From IMG/VR virus record IMGVR_UViG_3300025168_000077, positions 2,131-66,130 of that record: a stretch of DNA of 64,000 nucleotides; one strand, 5' to 3'. Shown here one piece after another: positions 1-9,102 of the stretch; position 1 is the stretch's first letter; each line of letters starts with the position of its first letter. A program made the translations under genes and the position numbers. The notes under the pieces are model-generated. The model was given only the letters and a program-made list of their open reading frames with translations. It was not told where the DNA came from and ran no database searches. The stretch is from a virus (lineage: Duplodnaviria; Caudoviricetes).

Positions 1-155
1 GCGTTGCTACCAACGGTGCACAGCGTGCGGTGTTGAGACGCTCCCGACGGTGGAGGGGCGGGGACGGCCCGACGGAGTGAGCTGTCCACCCGAGCGAGGG
101 CCATGGGGGTGATCAGTGAGCGGATGGCTGTCGTGGTTGCAGTTTGAGTTTGCAT
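1..155 (-). CDS. Partial hypothetical protein running off the left edge (MQTQTATTTAIRSL...)
   Basis: ATG at 155 preceded by GGAAAAACGAC and by a sigma70-like promoter at 208-236; frame stays open to the edge. Preferred over the track ORF 7..204. Confidence 0.5.
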   Translation of the reverse strand, partial: MQTQTATTTAIRSLITPMALARVDSSLRRAVPAPPPSGASQHRTLCTVGSN

Positions 156-207
156 GTCGTTTTTCCAGTGGGCCCGTTGGCCCGGTTGAGCTGAAGTGCT
201 CCACTCC

Positions 208-236
208 GTTTTACCGCAGTGGAATCTCGGGGTCAA
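208..236 (-). promoter_or_regulatory. Sigma70-like promoter containing the operator-like motif
   Basis: Minus strand TTGACC-17 nt-TAAAAC; plus strand shows TTACCGCAGTGGAA. Confidence 0.55.
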
Positions 237-887
237 CCACTTTCTTTTGTTATTTTGCAAGTTAGTTTCTAATCGCTGTACGTCTCTGCATTTGAGAGGT
301 CAGCGCCTCAACCACGCAGCTATCTGGTATTGGTTCCCTTATGGTATGCCTTCCCGCGAGTAAGTAAAAGGCGGACATAAAATGTCCGATTCTCACAGGC
401 TGCGTTCTGACTCGCTTTCTGTGTCATCGCATAGGGTACATATTCCGAAGCGGTATAGACCCCATAGCGAGCGGTCCAGAGCTATAGGCATGTCAAGACT
501 TACGACCGCAGTCTACCGCTTAGTAGGTTAGACAACTTGCAACCTGACGCGACCACTCCCGCGATCCGGTGCCCGATGCTTGGGGGCTTGGGGGCTTGGG
601 GGTTGACGAGCCGAACCGATGGGGAATTGATCGACCCTCCCGCGCGCGGGGAAGAGGGGCCGCCACGCTGACCAGTGGAATCAACCCGCCACGCGTCGCA
701 CGCCTCAGGGCCGGTCCGCCTGTCCGCCATCGTAGAATCATCGAGACACCCCCCACCCCCCCGATTTGGCCGACGTAGGGTCCCAACCGCAGGGACCGTT
801 CTGCGCACGAGAGGTATTTTTCAAAACACCTTACCAGTGCGGAATAACCAATAATGAGTTATGCTGTTCGCGACTACAGGAGAGCGT

Positions 888-1484
888 ATGTCAAAAGATG
901 GAACACTCCGTTTGAATCTCGAACCCGAGCTTCTCAAACGGATCGACAAGTTGATTGAGCCCGTGTCCACATCGGTCGCGGTTCAAGAGTTGGGAACCCG
1001 TGTCAGTCGGCACTTGGTGTCTCGCATTGCGTTGTTGCGTGGGATTCGTCTCATGGAGCAGCAGTACAGCGAAGGCACGGAGATTGTGGCTCACGAGAAA
1101 CCGGTGGTAGCGAAACCAGTGGTGGAGTCTTCGGTGGAGGCAGAGCCCGCTAAGCCGGTAGAGAAGGCGCCGGAGCTAGACGTGGTGTACGACGACAACG
1201 GGTTCATCAAGAAGCCCGATGGTTGGGACTTATGGACAGCAAGTTCTGTCCCTGCGGGACACCAGGAGATGCACAGTTACTACGAGGCTAATGGGTGGGG
1301 TCGGTACACGGGTAAGTCCGGTAAAGAGGTGATCTCGTTTTACTGGTGCAAGGATCCGTCTTTGCACGAGATTCCTGTGTACGACGGTTTAGACAAGGGC
1401 GGTAAGAAGGTGATGATTCAGAAAACGCCTTACGGACCCGGTCACATGATTCCCCACGGATACGGGGCGCAAGGAGCAACATGA
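888..1484 (+). CDS. Protein with N-terminal ribbon-helix-helix-like DNA-binding domain
   Basis: TLRLNLEPELLKRIDKL...SRHLVSRIALLRG strand-helix-helix pattern; AGGAG before ATG 888. Confidence 0.5.
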   Translation: MSKDGTLRLNLEPELLKRIDKLIEPVSTSVAVQELGTRVSRHLVSRIALLRGIRLMEQQYSEGTEIVAHEKPVVAKPVVESSVEAEPAKPVEKAPELDVVYDDNGFIKKPDGWDLWTASSVPAGHQEMHSYYEANGWGRYTGKSGKEVISFYWCKDPSLHEIPVYDGLDKGGKKVMIQKTPYGPGHMIPHGYGAQGAT

Positions 1485-1819
1485 ATAACGACACACACCC
1501 TGACCAGGTAAAAGCCTGGATTCAATCTTGGAACCCTGAAGCGCTGCTCATGGATGGCTTTGATGCTGCTCTTGTTGGCGCGGCATCGCGCCCTGACTTT
1601 GGCATGGTTGCTGTTTATGACCGCGATCTCTGCATTGATGTTCTTGTTGACCAAGGCATGTCCAAGGACGACGCTGTGGAGTACTTTGAGTACACCTGTG
1701 AGCAATCGTACATGGGCCCCGGCACTCCCATTGTTGGTTGCTTTAACTTTGATGACATTAGCCTTTCTGATGCTCGTTCGTTCTTGTCTGAAGCAGCTGA
1801 ACAACGCGGGGAGGAGTAG
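1481..1819 (+). CDS. Conserved phage hypothetical protein
   Basis: LLMDGFDAALVG...AVYD...GMSKDDAVEYFEY...YMGPGTP resembles a common aquatic-phage family; ATGA overlap with upstream gene. Confidence 0.7.
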   Translation: MNNDTHPDQVKAWIQSWNPEALLMDGFDAALVGAASRPDFGMVAVYDRDLCIDVLVDQGMSKDDAVEYFEYTCEQSYMGPGTPIVGCFNFDDISLSDARSFLSEAAEQRGEE

Positions 1820-1821
1820 TC

Positions 1822-2007
1822 ATGCCCTTGTACGTGTACAAATGCGAGGACTGCGGGAAGAGAGTTGAGATACTCCAACCGTTCGATGCCCCGATACCAA
1901 ACTGTGAGCAGTGCCTCTGCCAGATGAAAAAGCAGATTGCGATGACAAGCTTTGCTCTAAAGGGCGGCGGTTGGGCCAAAGACAACTACGGTCTGAAGAA
2001 TGACTAA
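1822..2007 (+). CDS. FmdB-family zinc-ribbon protein
   Basis: MPLYVYKCEDCG...CEQC...FALKGGGWAKDNY. Confidence 0.85.
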   Translation: MPLYVYKCEDCGKRVEILQPFDAPIPNCEQCLCQMKKQIAMTSFALKGGGWAKDNYGLKND

Positions 2008-2102
2008 GGTGATCGAGTTGTTCCGTCGGTGCTGCATTGAATGCTGTCACATGTGGTTCGTTAAACTCGACTGTCCTGAGTGCGGGGCGCCAGGTGAGCC
2101 CA

Positions 2103-2408
2103 TCAACGCATTGCGTCAATCTTGAGTTTGAGGATCTCGTTCTCTCGTTTGACGTAGTCGACTTCTACTTTGAGCCCTGCAACTTCCGTCATCAAGTCGA
2201 TGATTTGTTGCAGGTGCTCGTCTCTTTCTTCTTCGAGCTTCTCGACTCTTTTGATGAGGTCGTCTCGGTAAAGAGCCTGCTCAGCTTTCTCTTCTTTCTG
2301 AACCTCTCGCTTTTGCTTCAGCATGAACTCATAGAACTTAAACGCGCCAGCACTCACCGCGCCTGTAACAACGGCGACAAGTGCGGCAGTGGCAGTTGGT
2401 TTATCCAC
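2103..2408 (-). CDS. Single-TM protein with coiled coil (holin/antiholin-like)
   Basis: Hydrophobic N-terminus followed by a long charged heptad region. Confidence 0.6.
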   Translation of the reverse strand: MDKPTATAALVAVVTGAVSAGAFKFYEFMLKQKREVQKEEKAEQALYRDDLIKRVEKLEEERDEHLQQIIDLMTEVAGLKVEVDYVKRENEILKLKIDAMR

Positions 2409-2820
2409 GGAGATCCTTGTGCATTACTTCCATACGCATTTTAACGTATATCCAAACCCACAGGGTAAAGTAGACGCCTGTAACCACAAGGCTGCGCCCA
2501 ACTTCGCCGGCTGCAAACTCAGGGTCACTGAACACGTTGACCAAGAATCGGGTGGTCGAAAAGATGTACAGCATCAAGTATGTACCAACGAATCGGGAGC
2601 AGGACCGGATGTTGGGAAGACTGAACAACATGCCGAGAGCCACCACAAAGTACAGACAGTACTGAAAGTAGGCCCACTCGTTGCCCCCATCGAGGGCCTC
2701 GCCGTAGCTCATCCAAAGCACACGGTTGTTGGCAAGGTCAGCGATGTTCCAGAACAACAGAAGGGGTCCGTAGTCGTGGTAGACCAGGATGTCTTTGTAT
2801 GCTTTGAAGAAACTTCTCAT
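2401..2820 (-). CDS. Multi-pass (about 4 TM) membrane protein
   Basis: Four hydrophobic segments; overlaps the downstream gene; start ATG 2820 or TTG 2838. Confidence 0.65.
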   Translation of the reverse strand: MRSFFKAYKDILVYHDYGPLLLFWNIADLANNRVLWMSYGEALDGGNEWAYFQYCLYFVVALGMLFSLPNIRSCSRFVGTYLMLYIFSTTRFLVNVFSDPEFAAGEVGRSLVVTGVYFTLWVWIYVKMRMEVMHKDLRG

Positions 2821-2856
2821 TGAACCACCGTTACCCAATCATAACTTGGAGTCAGC

Positions 2857-3351
2857 ATGCCTGATCATTCCTTAGACGACATCGTCCATTCCATCCAATC
2901 AGCTGTCATTGCAGCCACCGACATCGCAGAAAGGCACGAACTCGATTCAATCACCAGCGAGGAGTTTTGGGAGTTAAAGGTAGATGCACAGGGGGACCCA
3001 ATCACCGATGATGACGGAAGACACATATATGCACCTCGCATGGTCGTTATGGAAATCCCAACATGGGAAGATGGAGCACTGGTACCAAAAAGAGTTCCGG
3101 TCCCCCTCCAGTCGCTCACGACGGGTCAAAGCTTGCGTGTGGATACGCTTGAAGTGGAGATGTCTGTTGAGATCTCTGGGCTTACGGCGGATAGCAAAAA
3201 AGGTAAGTTGATGGTGCGTCCCTGCGCCAACACGCCATCGTGGTTCAAAAAAGAAAGCAATGCTGCTAAACTCAAGCTGGTTTTCAAGGGCAGTGAACCG
3301 CCCGAAGGTTATGCAAGAATCGACGACCAGCTAATCAAGCTGCTTCCATAG
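2857..3351 (+). CDS. DUF2589-like protein (short subunit)
   Basis: N-terminal helix SLDDIVHSIQSAVIAA; VPVPLQSL...SLRVDTLEVEMSVEI; C-terminal LVFKGSEPPEG. Confidence 0.75.
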   Translation: MPDHSLDDIVHSIQSAVIAATDIAERHELDSITSEEFWELKVDAQGDPITDDDGRHIYAPRMVVMEIPTWEDGALVPKRVPVPLQSLTTGQSLRVDTLEVEMSVEISGLTADSKKGKLMVRPCANTPSWFKKESNAAKLKLVFKGSEPPEGYARIDDQLIKLLP

Positions 3352-3360
3352 GAGCCACTC

Positions 3361-3966
3361 ATGGCAGATCAACTCGTAAACATGTCATCCCAGTTCGGTG
3401 GTCTCCCCATGGACCAACTGATTGGTGGTCCACTCAAAGCCGCCTGTAGTGCACAGACACTGCTTGCCAAGGCCTCTAGCGACTTCATCATGGATGTCGG
3501 TCTTGATACGGATGCAACAGGTAAGGTGATGTCTGCCCGAACGGTGGACTTCAGTTTCAATAAGCCAGTGCAAGATGCTGATGGAACCACCAAGATGGAG
3601 AAGGTGGACTTGCAAGTTCCACTGCTCGCCATCATCAACACTCCGAGTCTTTCCGTAAAGGAAGCCGAGGTCCGCTTCACCATGGAAGTGAAGTCGTCTA
3701 CTTCCAGCAAGACCACATCAGACAGTAAGGCAGACCTCACAGCTAAGGCCAAGTACAACGCGGGTCTGTTCAGCTGCGAAGTCACTGTTCACGGCTCTGT
3801 GGCCAACCACAGCGAGAACAGCCGCAAGAGCGACAACAGCGCCAAGTACGACGTTAAGGTCGTGGCTCGTGACGATGGACCCCCAGAAGGCCTTATGAAG
3901 GTACTGGACATGCTTAACGATGCAATCGCGCCTACCCAGGGTGTGCCTGCTCCTGCTAAGAAGTAG
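3361..3966 (+). CDS. DUF2589-like protein (long subunit)
   Basis: FGGLPMDQLIGGPLKAACSAQ; VPLLAIINTPSLSVKEAEVRFTMEV; SDNSAKYDVKVVA...PPEGLMKVLDML. Confidence 0.85.
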   Translation: MADQLVNMSSQFGGLPMDQLIGGPLKAACSAQTLLAKASSDFIMDVGLDTDATGKVMSARTVDFSFNKPVQDADGTTKMEKVDLQVPLLAIINTPSLSVKEAEVRFTMEVKSSTSSKTTSDSKADLTAKAKYNAGLFSCEVTVHGSVANHSENSRKSDNSAKYDVKVVARDDGPPEGLMKVLDMLNDAIAPTQGVPAPAKK

Positions 3967-3968
3967 TC

Positions 3969-4481
3969 GTGGCTAAGCCTCAAACAACGCTTGAGCGGAT
4001 GCAGCAAAACGTTGCGCAAATCGCCCAAGAGCGAAGGCAGCTAGCTGAAAATAAGAAGCGTAAGGACGCGATTGCTCTTGATGAGCTAGAGTCTCTGTCG
4101 CCGACAGCAGAACAACAGCAGTATTCTCAGTTGGTGGATTTGATTACGCAGCGTGACTCGAATGCGTCTACTGAGTCTGAGCCTGCTCCGGGTCCACTCG
4201 ATTCGATGGAAGAAAACATAGAATCCATAGGTGAGCAGTTTCTTCCGAAGGGTAAAGGTGCGACTTCTGAAGATCGTAGAGACCGACGGGAAGCTAGAAC
4301 ATTAAACAGGGATTCGCTTAAGGAGCTGGCTGCGGCTGGATTTAAAGGCCGACGGGCTTCTGGGATTCAGTCCGTCATGAAAAACTCATCTGAGATGCCT
4401 GACACAGGACCCTCGGGCGGTGCCGGGATGTCGCTGACAACTAATCCTGGTCGCCCAAGCCGTCCGCGTAAACCCGAGTAG
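3969..4481 (+). CDS. Hypothetical charged protein
   Basis: 170-aa ORF 2 nt after the DUF2589-like pair, followed by a terminator. Confidence 0.6.
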   Translation: MAKPQTTLERMQQNVAQIAQERRQLAENKKRKDAIALDELESLSPTAEQQQYSQLVDLITQRDSNASTESEPAPGPLDSMEENIESIGEQFLPKGKGATSEDRRDRREARTLNRDSLKELAAAGFKGRRASGIQSVMKNSSEMPDTGPSGGAGMSLTTNPGRPSRPRKPE

Positions 4482-4556
4482 GTGTTACAGGTAGCTTGAC
4501 CGCAAGGTCTCGCTATGTGGGGTTGGGGTTTCCCAACGCTCTCTCCTACAAAGTGT

Positions 4557-4595
4557 GGCCCCACTCGGTATGGGTGTACCGGGTGGGGCCTTTTG
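4557..4595 (+). terminator. Intrinsic terminator between convergent operons
   Basis: ggccccactcggta / taccgggtggggcc stem followed by tttt. Confidence 0.75.
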
Positions 4596-4619
4596 TACAG
4601 CGAACGGGGAATAGCTGTA

Positions 4620-5582
4620 CTAGCTCTTAACACCCATTACAGTAGATGCATCCAGTTGTGCAGATCGTCTCATCTGATCCATGATGTCTTCTAGGGAGCG
4701 GTACTCGCCTGTCTCTGTGCCGCCAGTACTTGTCCCCATGTTCATCATGTTCATGCTGTCAGGGACTTCTTCAGCCTCAGGCTCAGGCTCAGGATCCGGT
4801 GCGGGAGGGGCCCCGTACTCTGCCTTGACCATGTTGAGAGCCTTGTGAGGGTCGATCTCTGCAATGCAAAGTGCGCACAACGCGTCAAAGGCGGTTTCGT
4901 TCTCGTAGATTTCAGGGGCTGACTTCTTTACCCAGGTCTCGAACTCTTCGACGGCCTGATCGAGTTCAACCTTCTCAGCAGCAGCGTTTGCTTCTTCGAT
5001 CGCTTGGAACCGTTGACGCAGTTCTTCTCGCTCTTTAATGACTTCTTGCAACTCTGATTGAGTAGCTGTAGACGCTTTTTCGGTGGTGTCTGAGTACTCT
5101 TGTTTGAGAGTTTCGATTGCAGTTTGGTGCATGAGCTTTAGCTCGTCGATTTCTTTCTGCTTTTCTTTGAGAGGGTCGACATCTCCGTTCAACCACTTTT
5201 GCACACGAGTCTCTTGAGTACGCACGTCTTTTTCGCGCATGTCCAGCTTCTTACGTACTTGGGACATTTCAGAAAACTTGTCGGTGTATCCTCGCTGCCA
5301 GTGGTTGTACTTGGTTTGAAAGCCACTCAAAAGAGACTCTTTCAAGTTATCTTCGAGGCCGTTAAACCAGTCGCTGTCTTTGAGGCTGTTGACCTCTCCG
5401 TTCCACTCAAACACGTCGGGTACGGCCATCTCTGCTGGCTCGGACTCGGCGGCCTCTACGGGCTCAGCTGCTTCTACAGGTTCCTCAGAAGCAACCGAGT
5501 CACTAACTTCAACGTCTGCGGTTGTGACTCCGGTATCGGTAGTTGTTTCGGCTGCTTCTGAATCTTCGTGACTGTTGTACAT
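4620..5582 (-). CDS. Putative capsid scaffolding protein
   Basis: Acidic disordered N-terminus, QRGYTDKF motif, long coiled coil; last gene of the TerL-portal block. Confidence 0.55.
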   Translation of the reverse strand: MYNSHEDSEAAETTTDTGVTTADVEVSDSVASEEPVEAAEPVEAAESEPAEMAVPDVFEWNGEVNSLKDSDWFNGLEDNLKESLLSGFQTKYNHWQRGYTDKFSEMSQVRKKLDMREKDVRTQETRVQKWLNGDVDPLKEKQKEIDELKLMHQTAIETLKQEYSDTTEKASTATQSELQEVIKEREELRQRFQAIEEANAAAEKVELDQAVEEFETWVKKSAPEIYENETAFDALCALCIAEIDPHKALNMVKAEYGAPPAPDPEPEPEAEEVPDSMNMMNMGTSTGGTETGEYRSLEDIMDQMRRSAQLDASTVMGVKS

Positions 5583-5608
5583 GTGCTCTCCTACATGGTT
5601 AGTCGTGT

Positions 5609-6154
5609 TTAAGCCATAGGGGCTTCAGGTTCCATCATTGGTGCTTCAGGAGCTTGTGGCTTAGCCATCGAAGCTGCTGCTCGCTCAAGTTCCATAAGTA
5701 CTTGGAAGTCACGCGACAACAAGTCTGCAAGCTCTTGCGCTCCCATTTCTGCGTACTGTGGAATCGATTGGGCGGCCATCATGATCTCTTCGGCCCGCTC
5801 TTGCGACATACCCAAAGTTTCCATGAGTGGCTTCAAGTCATCAGCGCCTGCTGCTTCAGGCATGTCCGCGTCTGCTTCAGGCATGTCACCTTCAGGCATG
5901 TCGCCTTCGGCACCTTTTTCTTTAGCCATCATTTCGTCGGCCTTGTCCATAGCAGGCTTCAGGTCCCGCTCGGGTACGATACCTTCAGCAGGAGCTTCCA
6001 TCATTGCGTCTGCATCCATGGGACCCTCATCTCCGGGCATCTCTCCGCCACCTTCTTCGGCTGCGTAGAGGTCGGGAAACTTCTTCTTAGCGTCTTCGTA
6101 TCCAGGTTCACCCTCGTAGGGCAGGCGGTTACCAGTGTTTGGATCTACAGGCAT
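5609..6154 (-). CDS. Acidic Met/Pro/Glu-rich hypothetical protein
   Basis: 181-aa ORF with AAGGAG RBS; DMPE repeats. Confidence 0.65.
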   Translation of the reverse strand: MPVDPNTGNRLPYEGEPGYEDAKKKFPDLYAAEEGGGEMPGDEGPMDADAMMEAPAEGIVPERDLKPAMDKADEMMAKEKGAEGDMPEGDMPEADADMPEAAGADDLKPLMETLGMSQERAEEIMMAAQSIPQYAEMGAQELADLLSRDFQVLMELERAAASMAKPQAPEAPMMEPEAPMA

Positions 6155-6200
6155 GTGAGTCTCCTTAAGCGACTACGGATACGTAATGTGTTTGTCGACT

Positions 6201-6446
6201 TCAAGTCAACGATTGGTTTGGGTCAAGGGCGACAAGTTCAAACGCTGCTTCCAGTCCGATCGACTTGATAAACTTCTGAGGGACGGAGTGGCGGTCACCA
6301 GAAGACATGTCTTCGTAGAACGCACCGTCTGTTCTTGAGTCGTCTTTTATGTAGCGCAGTGTCCGATCTGAAGATCGAGAAAGCGTCTGCGCGTATTCAA
6401 CAAGCTCAATGTCGTTCAGCTTGTTTCGTAGGGATGGGTCAGGCAC
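6201..6446 (-). CDS. Hypothetical protein
   Basis: Overlaps the upstream gene; fits the operon. Confidence 0.55.
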   Translation of the reverse strand: MPDPSLRNKLNDIELVEYAQTLSRSSDRTLRYIKDDSRTDGAFYEDMSSGDRHSVPQKFIKSIGLEAAFELVALDPNQSLT

Positions 6447-6903
6447 TTTTCACATCCGTTGTTTTACCGACTTTTGCAGCTGCCTTCTTTTCGTTGCGAA
6501 TCGTGCGCCGCTCAGCAGTAAGTTCTTTAACCATCTTAGCGTCATTACCTCGCGCCTTCCGGCGCTCCCACTGTTTGTGGAGTCTCTCGTCGGTACGCAG
6601 TCGGTGCTTTTCCGTAGTGTTACTTTCAATCTCAACTCGATGTCCGGGGAATCGATCTTCGATTGTTTTAATGCAACGATCATAGTCTTCCCTGGTCTCA
6701 GCTTTGCCGAGTACCCCAAAGTCAATCGGTACGAATGATCCTGGCCCTTGTCCGTGAACAGCAAACCTTAAACCGCGAAAGCTCATTTTACGATCACTAC
6801 CGCACTCAGGGCACACAGGTGGTCCATCAGCTCGACGGTACATCACTTCAACTTCAAAGAAGTCGCAGCCTGTGCACTCTACGTTGTTGATCATGAAGCT
6901 CAT
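6439..6903 (-). CDS. Zinc-ribbon (FmdB-like) protein
   Basis: CTGC...CPECG; basic C-terminal tail. Confidence 0.7.
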   Translation of the reverse strand: MSFMINNVECTGCDFFEVEVMYRRADGPPVCPECGSDRKMSFRGLRFAVHGQGPGSFVPIDFGVLGKAETREDYDRCIKTIEDRFPGHRVEIESNTTEKHRLRTDERLHKQWERRKARGNDAKMVKELTAERRTIRNEKKAAAKVGKTTDVKSA

Positions 6904-7244
6904 CGTGATCGAACCTTATCACGCCATTTGGTTACACCGGGCGTTGCGTTCTCTCCAACCATATCAATGATCGAGTCTGGGCAGTCGACGTAGGGGTTTC
7001 CTGCCTCTCCGTACTCGGTGTAGCCCCAAGACTCTTCGCCTTTCTCCATGTGAAAACACAAGATAGAAATCTGGCAACCTGAAATGCGTGGGTTCATTCG
7101 AGTCGGTTTAACAGCAACCCACAACCTCTTACCAAAGTCAGAACTCTTACTGTCGAGGACAATGTGGGTCTTAGCTGCGTCTTCGAGCAGCCAGTCTTTA
7201 AGGTCTTTGCGGGTGTTGGTTCCTACGGGAAACTGGAGTGCCAT
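6900..7244 (-). CDS. DUF6927-like protein
   Basis: WGYTEYGEAGNPYVDCPDSIIDM...KWRDKVR. Confidence 0.55.
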   Translation of the reverse strand: MALQFPVGTNTRKDLKDWLLEDAAKTHIVLDSKSSDFGKRLWVAVKPTRMNPRISGCQISILCFHMEKGEESWGYTEYGEAGNPYVDCPDSIIDMVGENATPGVTKWRDKVRSR

Positions 7245-7311
7245 GATTCACCTCTCTTTCTGATCTTGGCGATTTGTGTATTCGCTAACTATGATAACGC
7301 TTTTTCGTCAA

Positions 7312-8208
7312 CTATTGTCTGTGGTCAGGCGGGAAGAGCATTCCGGTCACCACTTGAAAGCTGCCGTCTGGAGATGCGAGGTACCCTTTCGGAGAGCCTC
7401 CGTCGGGGTTTTTAAAGAAGTAAACGTAACCCTTACCGCCAGGACCTGGCCCTGAGTAGATAGGGTTGCTGTTGTTCACGTCGTTTTGGTAGTCTAAACC
7501 CGCAGCTGTTTGCCGATCGTCATCAGACATGTCGCCGCGCAAGTCTTTTTCGTATTGGTCTAGGATGTCGTAGATGTCGGTCTTATCCGGCGTGTCCACA
7601 TTCTCGAAATCTTCTCCATGATCGTCAGCTACAGCCTCGTTTACTTGAAGGCCCTCTTCGTTAACTGTAAGCGGGGTGTAGTCACCGTCCGTATCTTCCT
7701 TTTCTTCAGGGGGAGGCGGGGGAGGCGGGGGAGGCGGTTTCGGTGGTGAAGACTTCCTTTGTTTTAGCGTAGACGGCTGGGGTTGATTTTCAAACACGTC
7801 TACGTTTGATCGACCTCGACCATCATCTTTAGGGGGGTCAGGAGCAGCTTTCTTTGCCTTAGCTGGCTTCTTGTCGGGGTTAATGAACGCCGAAAACCGC
7901 TTCAAGACTTCTTCTTCTGCGTCCATTCGGTCTGACTGGGGGAACGCAGTCTCACCCAGATCCCCAGGCATGTCGGTCACGCCTGTAGCCGGGTCTGACT
8001 CAGGGAAAGCTTCTCGTGACTCAACACGTTTCAGCAACTGATAGTTGTCCGGGCCCTCTTGTCCGGGTGTGTAGGGCATGTTCTTCTTCTCGCCCACAGG
8101 AGTCACACCCTCTCTGTACATGAGCGTCTCTTTTAGATCCTTCGGATCATCGCTACCTTGGGGCAGCGACTCACGTAGCGTCTGCATCTTTTCGCCGTAA
8201 GAAGCCAT
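7312..8208 (-). CDS. Pro-rich/acidic hypothetical protein
   Basis: 298-aa ORF with a poly-Pro tract; coupled to the upstream small ORF. Confidence 0.65.
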   Translation of the reverse strand: MASYGEKMQTLRESLPQGSDDPKDLKETLMYREGVTPVGEKKNMPYTPGQEGPDNYQLLKRVESREAFPESDPATGVTDMPGDLGETAFPQSDRMDAEEEVLKRFSAFINPDKKPAKAKKAAPDPPKDDGRGRSNVDVFENQPQPSTLKQRKSSPPKPPPPPPPPPPEEKEDTDGDYTPLTVNEEGLQVNEAVADDHGEDFENVDTPDKTDIYDILDQYEKDLRGDMSDDDRQTAAGLDYQNDVNNSNPIYSGPGPGGKGYVYFFKNPDGGSPKGYLASPDGSFQVVTGMLFPPDHRQ

Positions 8209-8300
8209 CAGACCTTCTTCTTAGACTTTTTGTACGCCATGGCAGCTGCTTGCTTAGTGCTGTAGCTCTTCTTCTTTCCGCCTGTGTGGTAACCGGGCAT
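8208..8300 (-). CDS. 30-aa basic peptide (MPGYHTGGKKKSYSTKQAAAMAYKKSKKKV), absent from the ORF track
   Basis: AGGAG RBS; ATG at 8300; TGA overlaps the next ATG. Confidence 0.7.
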   Translation of the reverse strand: MPGYHTGGKKKSYSTKQAAAMAYKKSKKKV

Positions 8301-8309
8301 GTCTGACTC

Positions 8310-8522
8310 CTATGCTTGCGCAGATTTACGTTTAGTTCTTGCAGCCTGGACTGCTTTGACGTTGATGTCTTGGCCACTTCGATATGCTTCGCCTGTAGCG
8401 ATAATCTCTTTAGCCGCCGTATCTTTTGCGCTCTTACCCTTAGCGTGAGCTACATACTTTGACGGTACGCCTTTGCCCTTACTTTCGTCGACATGATGGT
8501 ACTCTTGTTCTCGCTGAGCCAT
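8310..8522 (-). CDS. Small basic protein
   Basis: Lys-rich; VPSKYV motif. Confidence 0.65.
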   Translation of the reverse strand: MAQREQEYHHVDESKGKGVPSKYVAHAKGKSAKDTAAKEIIATGEAYRSGQDINVKAVQAARTKRKSAQA

Positions 8523-8524
8523 GA

Positions 8525-8800
8525 CTACCTCAAGTCCGTGTCGTGTTTCTTAGACCCACCGATGTAGCTGTTGACCCGCCCCATCGCCCATGCTGCCATT
8601 GATACACCACGAGACCCGGAAGACAAATACGCGCCTTGACCTCGACGGTAGACCTTCACGAGTTTCCCGTACGAGATACCAGACTTCTTAGCCTTCTCCC
8701 GAAGAGTTTTCTTGGTGGCTTCACTCAGAGGCTTACGCTTCTTTCGCTGGGCTTTAACGGCGTCTCTCGCCTTATCAGATTTAGACTTGGCCATTACCAC
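8525..8800 (-). CDS. Small basic protein, DUF5824-like
   Basis: LREKAKKSGISYGKLVKVYRRGQGAY...WAMGRVNSYIGG. Confidence 0.6.
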   Translation of the reverse strand: MVMAKSKSDKARDAVKAQRKKRKPLSEATKKTLREKAKKSGISYGKLVKVYRRGQGAYLSSGSRGVSMAAWAMGRVNSYIGGSKKHDTDLR

Positions 8801-9102
8801 TTTACCTTGTCAGCCCAGTAAGCTGCGCTGAGTTTACCCTTAGCAATGTTTTTAGCATGACGAGCCTTGAAGCTTGCCCGCTTCTTCTTCATCTTATCAG
8901 ACTCACCTTTCTTAGGGTCACCTGCGGTACTGGCACCCTGCTCACCAAACCGAATCAGTTTGATCGTGTCGCCTTCCTGGGCCAGAACAATGTGACTCTT
9001 ACTGGGGTGATCAGGAGTCCTCTTGGGTACGTTTACGCCTTTGAGACGGTGCTTCTTGAGAAGCATCGCCTTACGGACTTTATCTCTTTTGGAGAGAGCC
9101 AT
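8794..9102 (-). CDS. Small basic protein, DUF5754-like
   Basis: PKRTPDHPSKSHIV...KLIRFGEQG...SFKARH...SAAYWADKVKW. Confidence 0.6.
   Translation of the reverse strand: MALSKRDKVRKAMLLKKHRLKGVNVPKRTPDHPSKSHIVLAQEGDTIKLIRFGEQGASTAGDPKKGESDKMKKKRASFKARHAKNIAKGKLSAAYWADKVKW

Noticed and set aside
7-808. Track ORFs 7..204, 500..808, 520..786 and 569..778
   Set aside because: GC-rich low-complexity translations without RBS; a better ORF starts at 155 in another frame.
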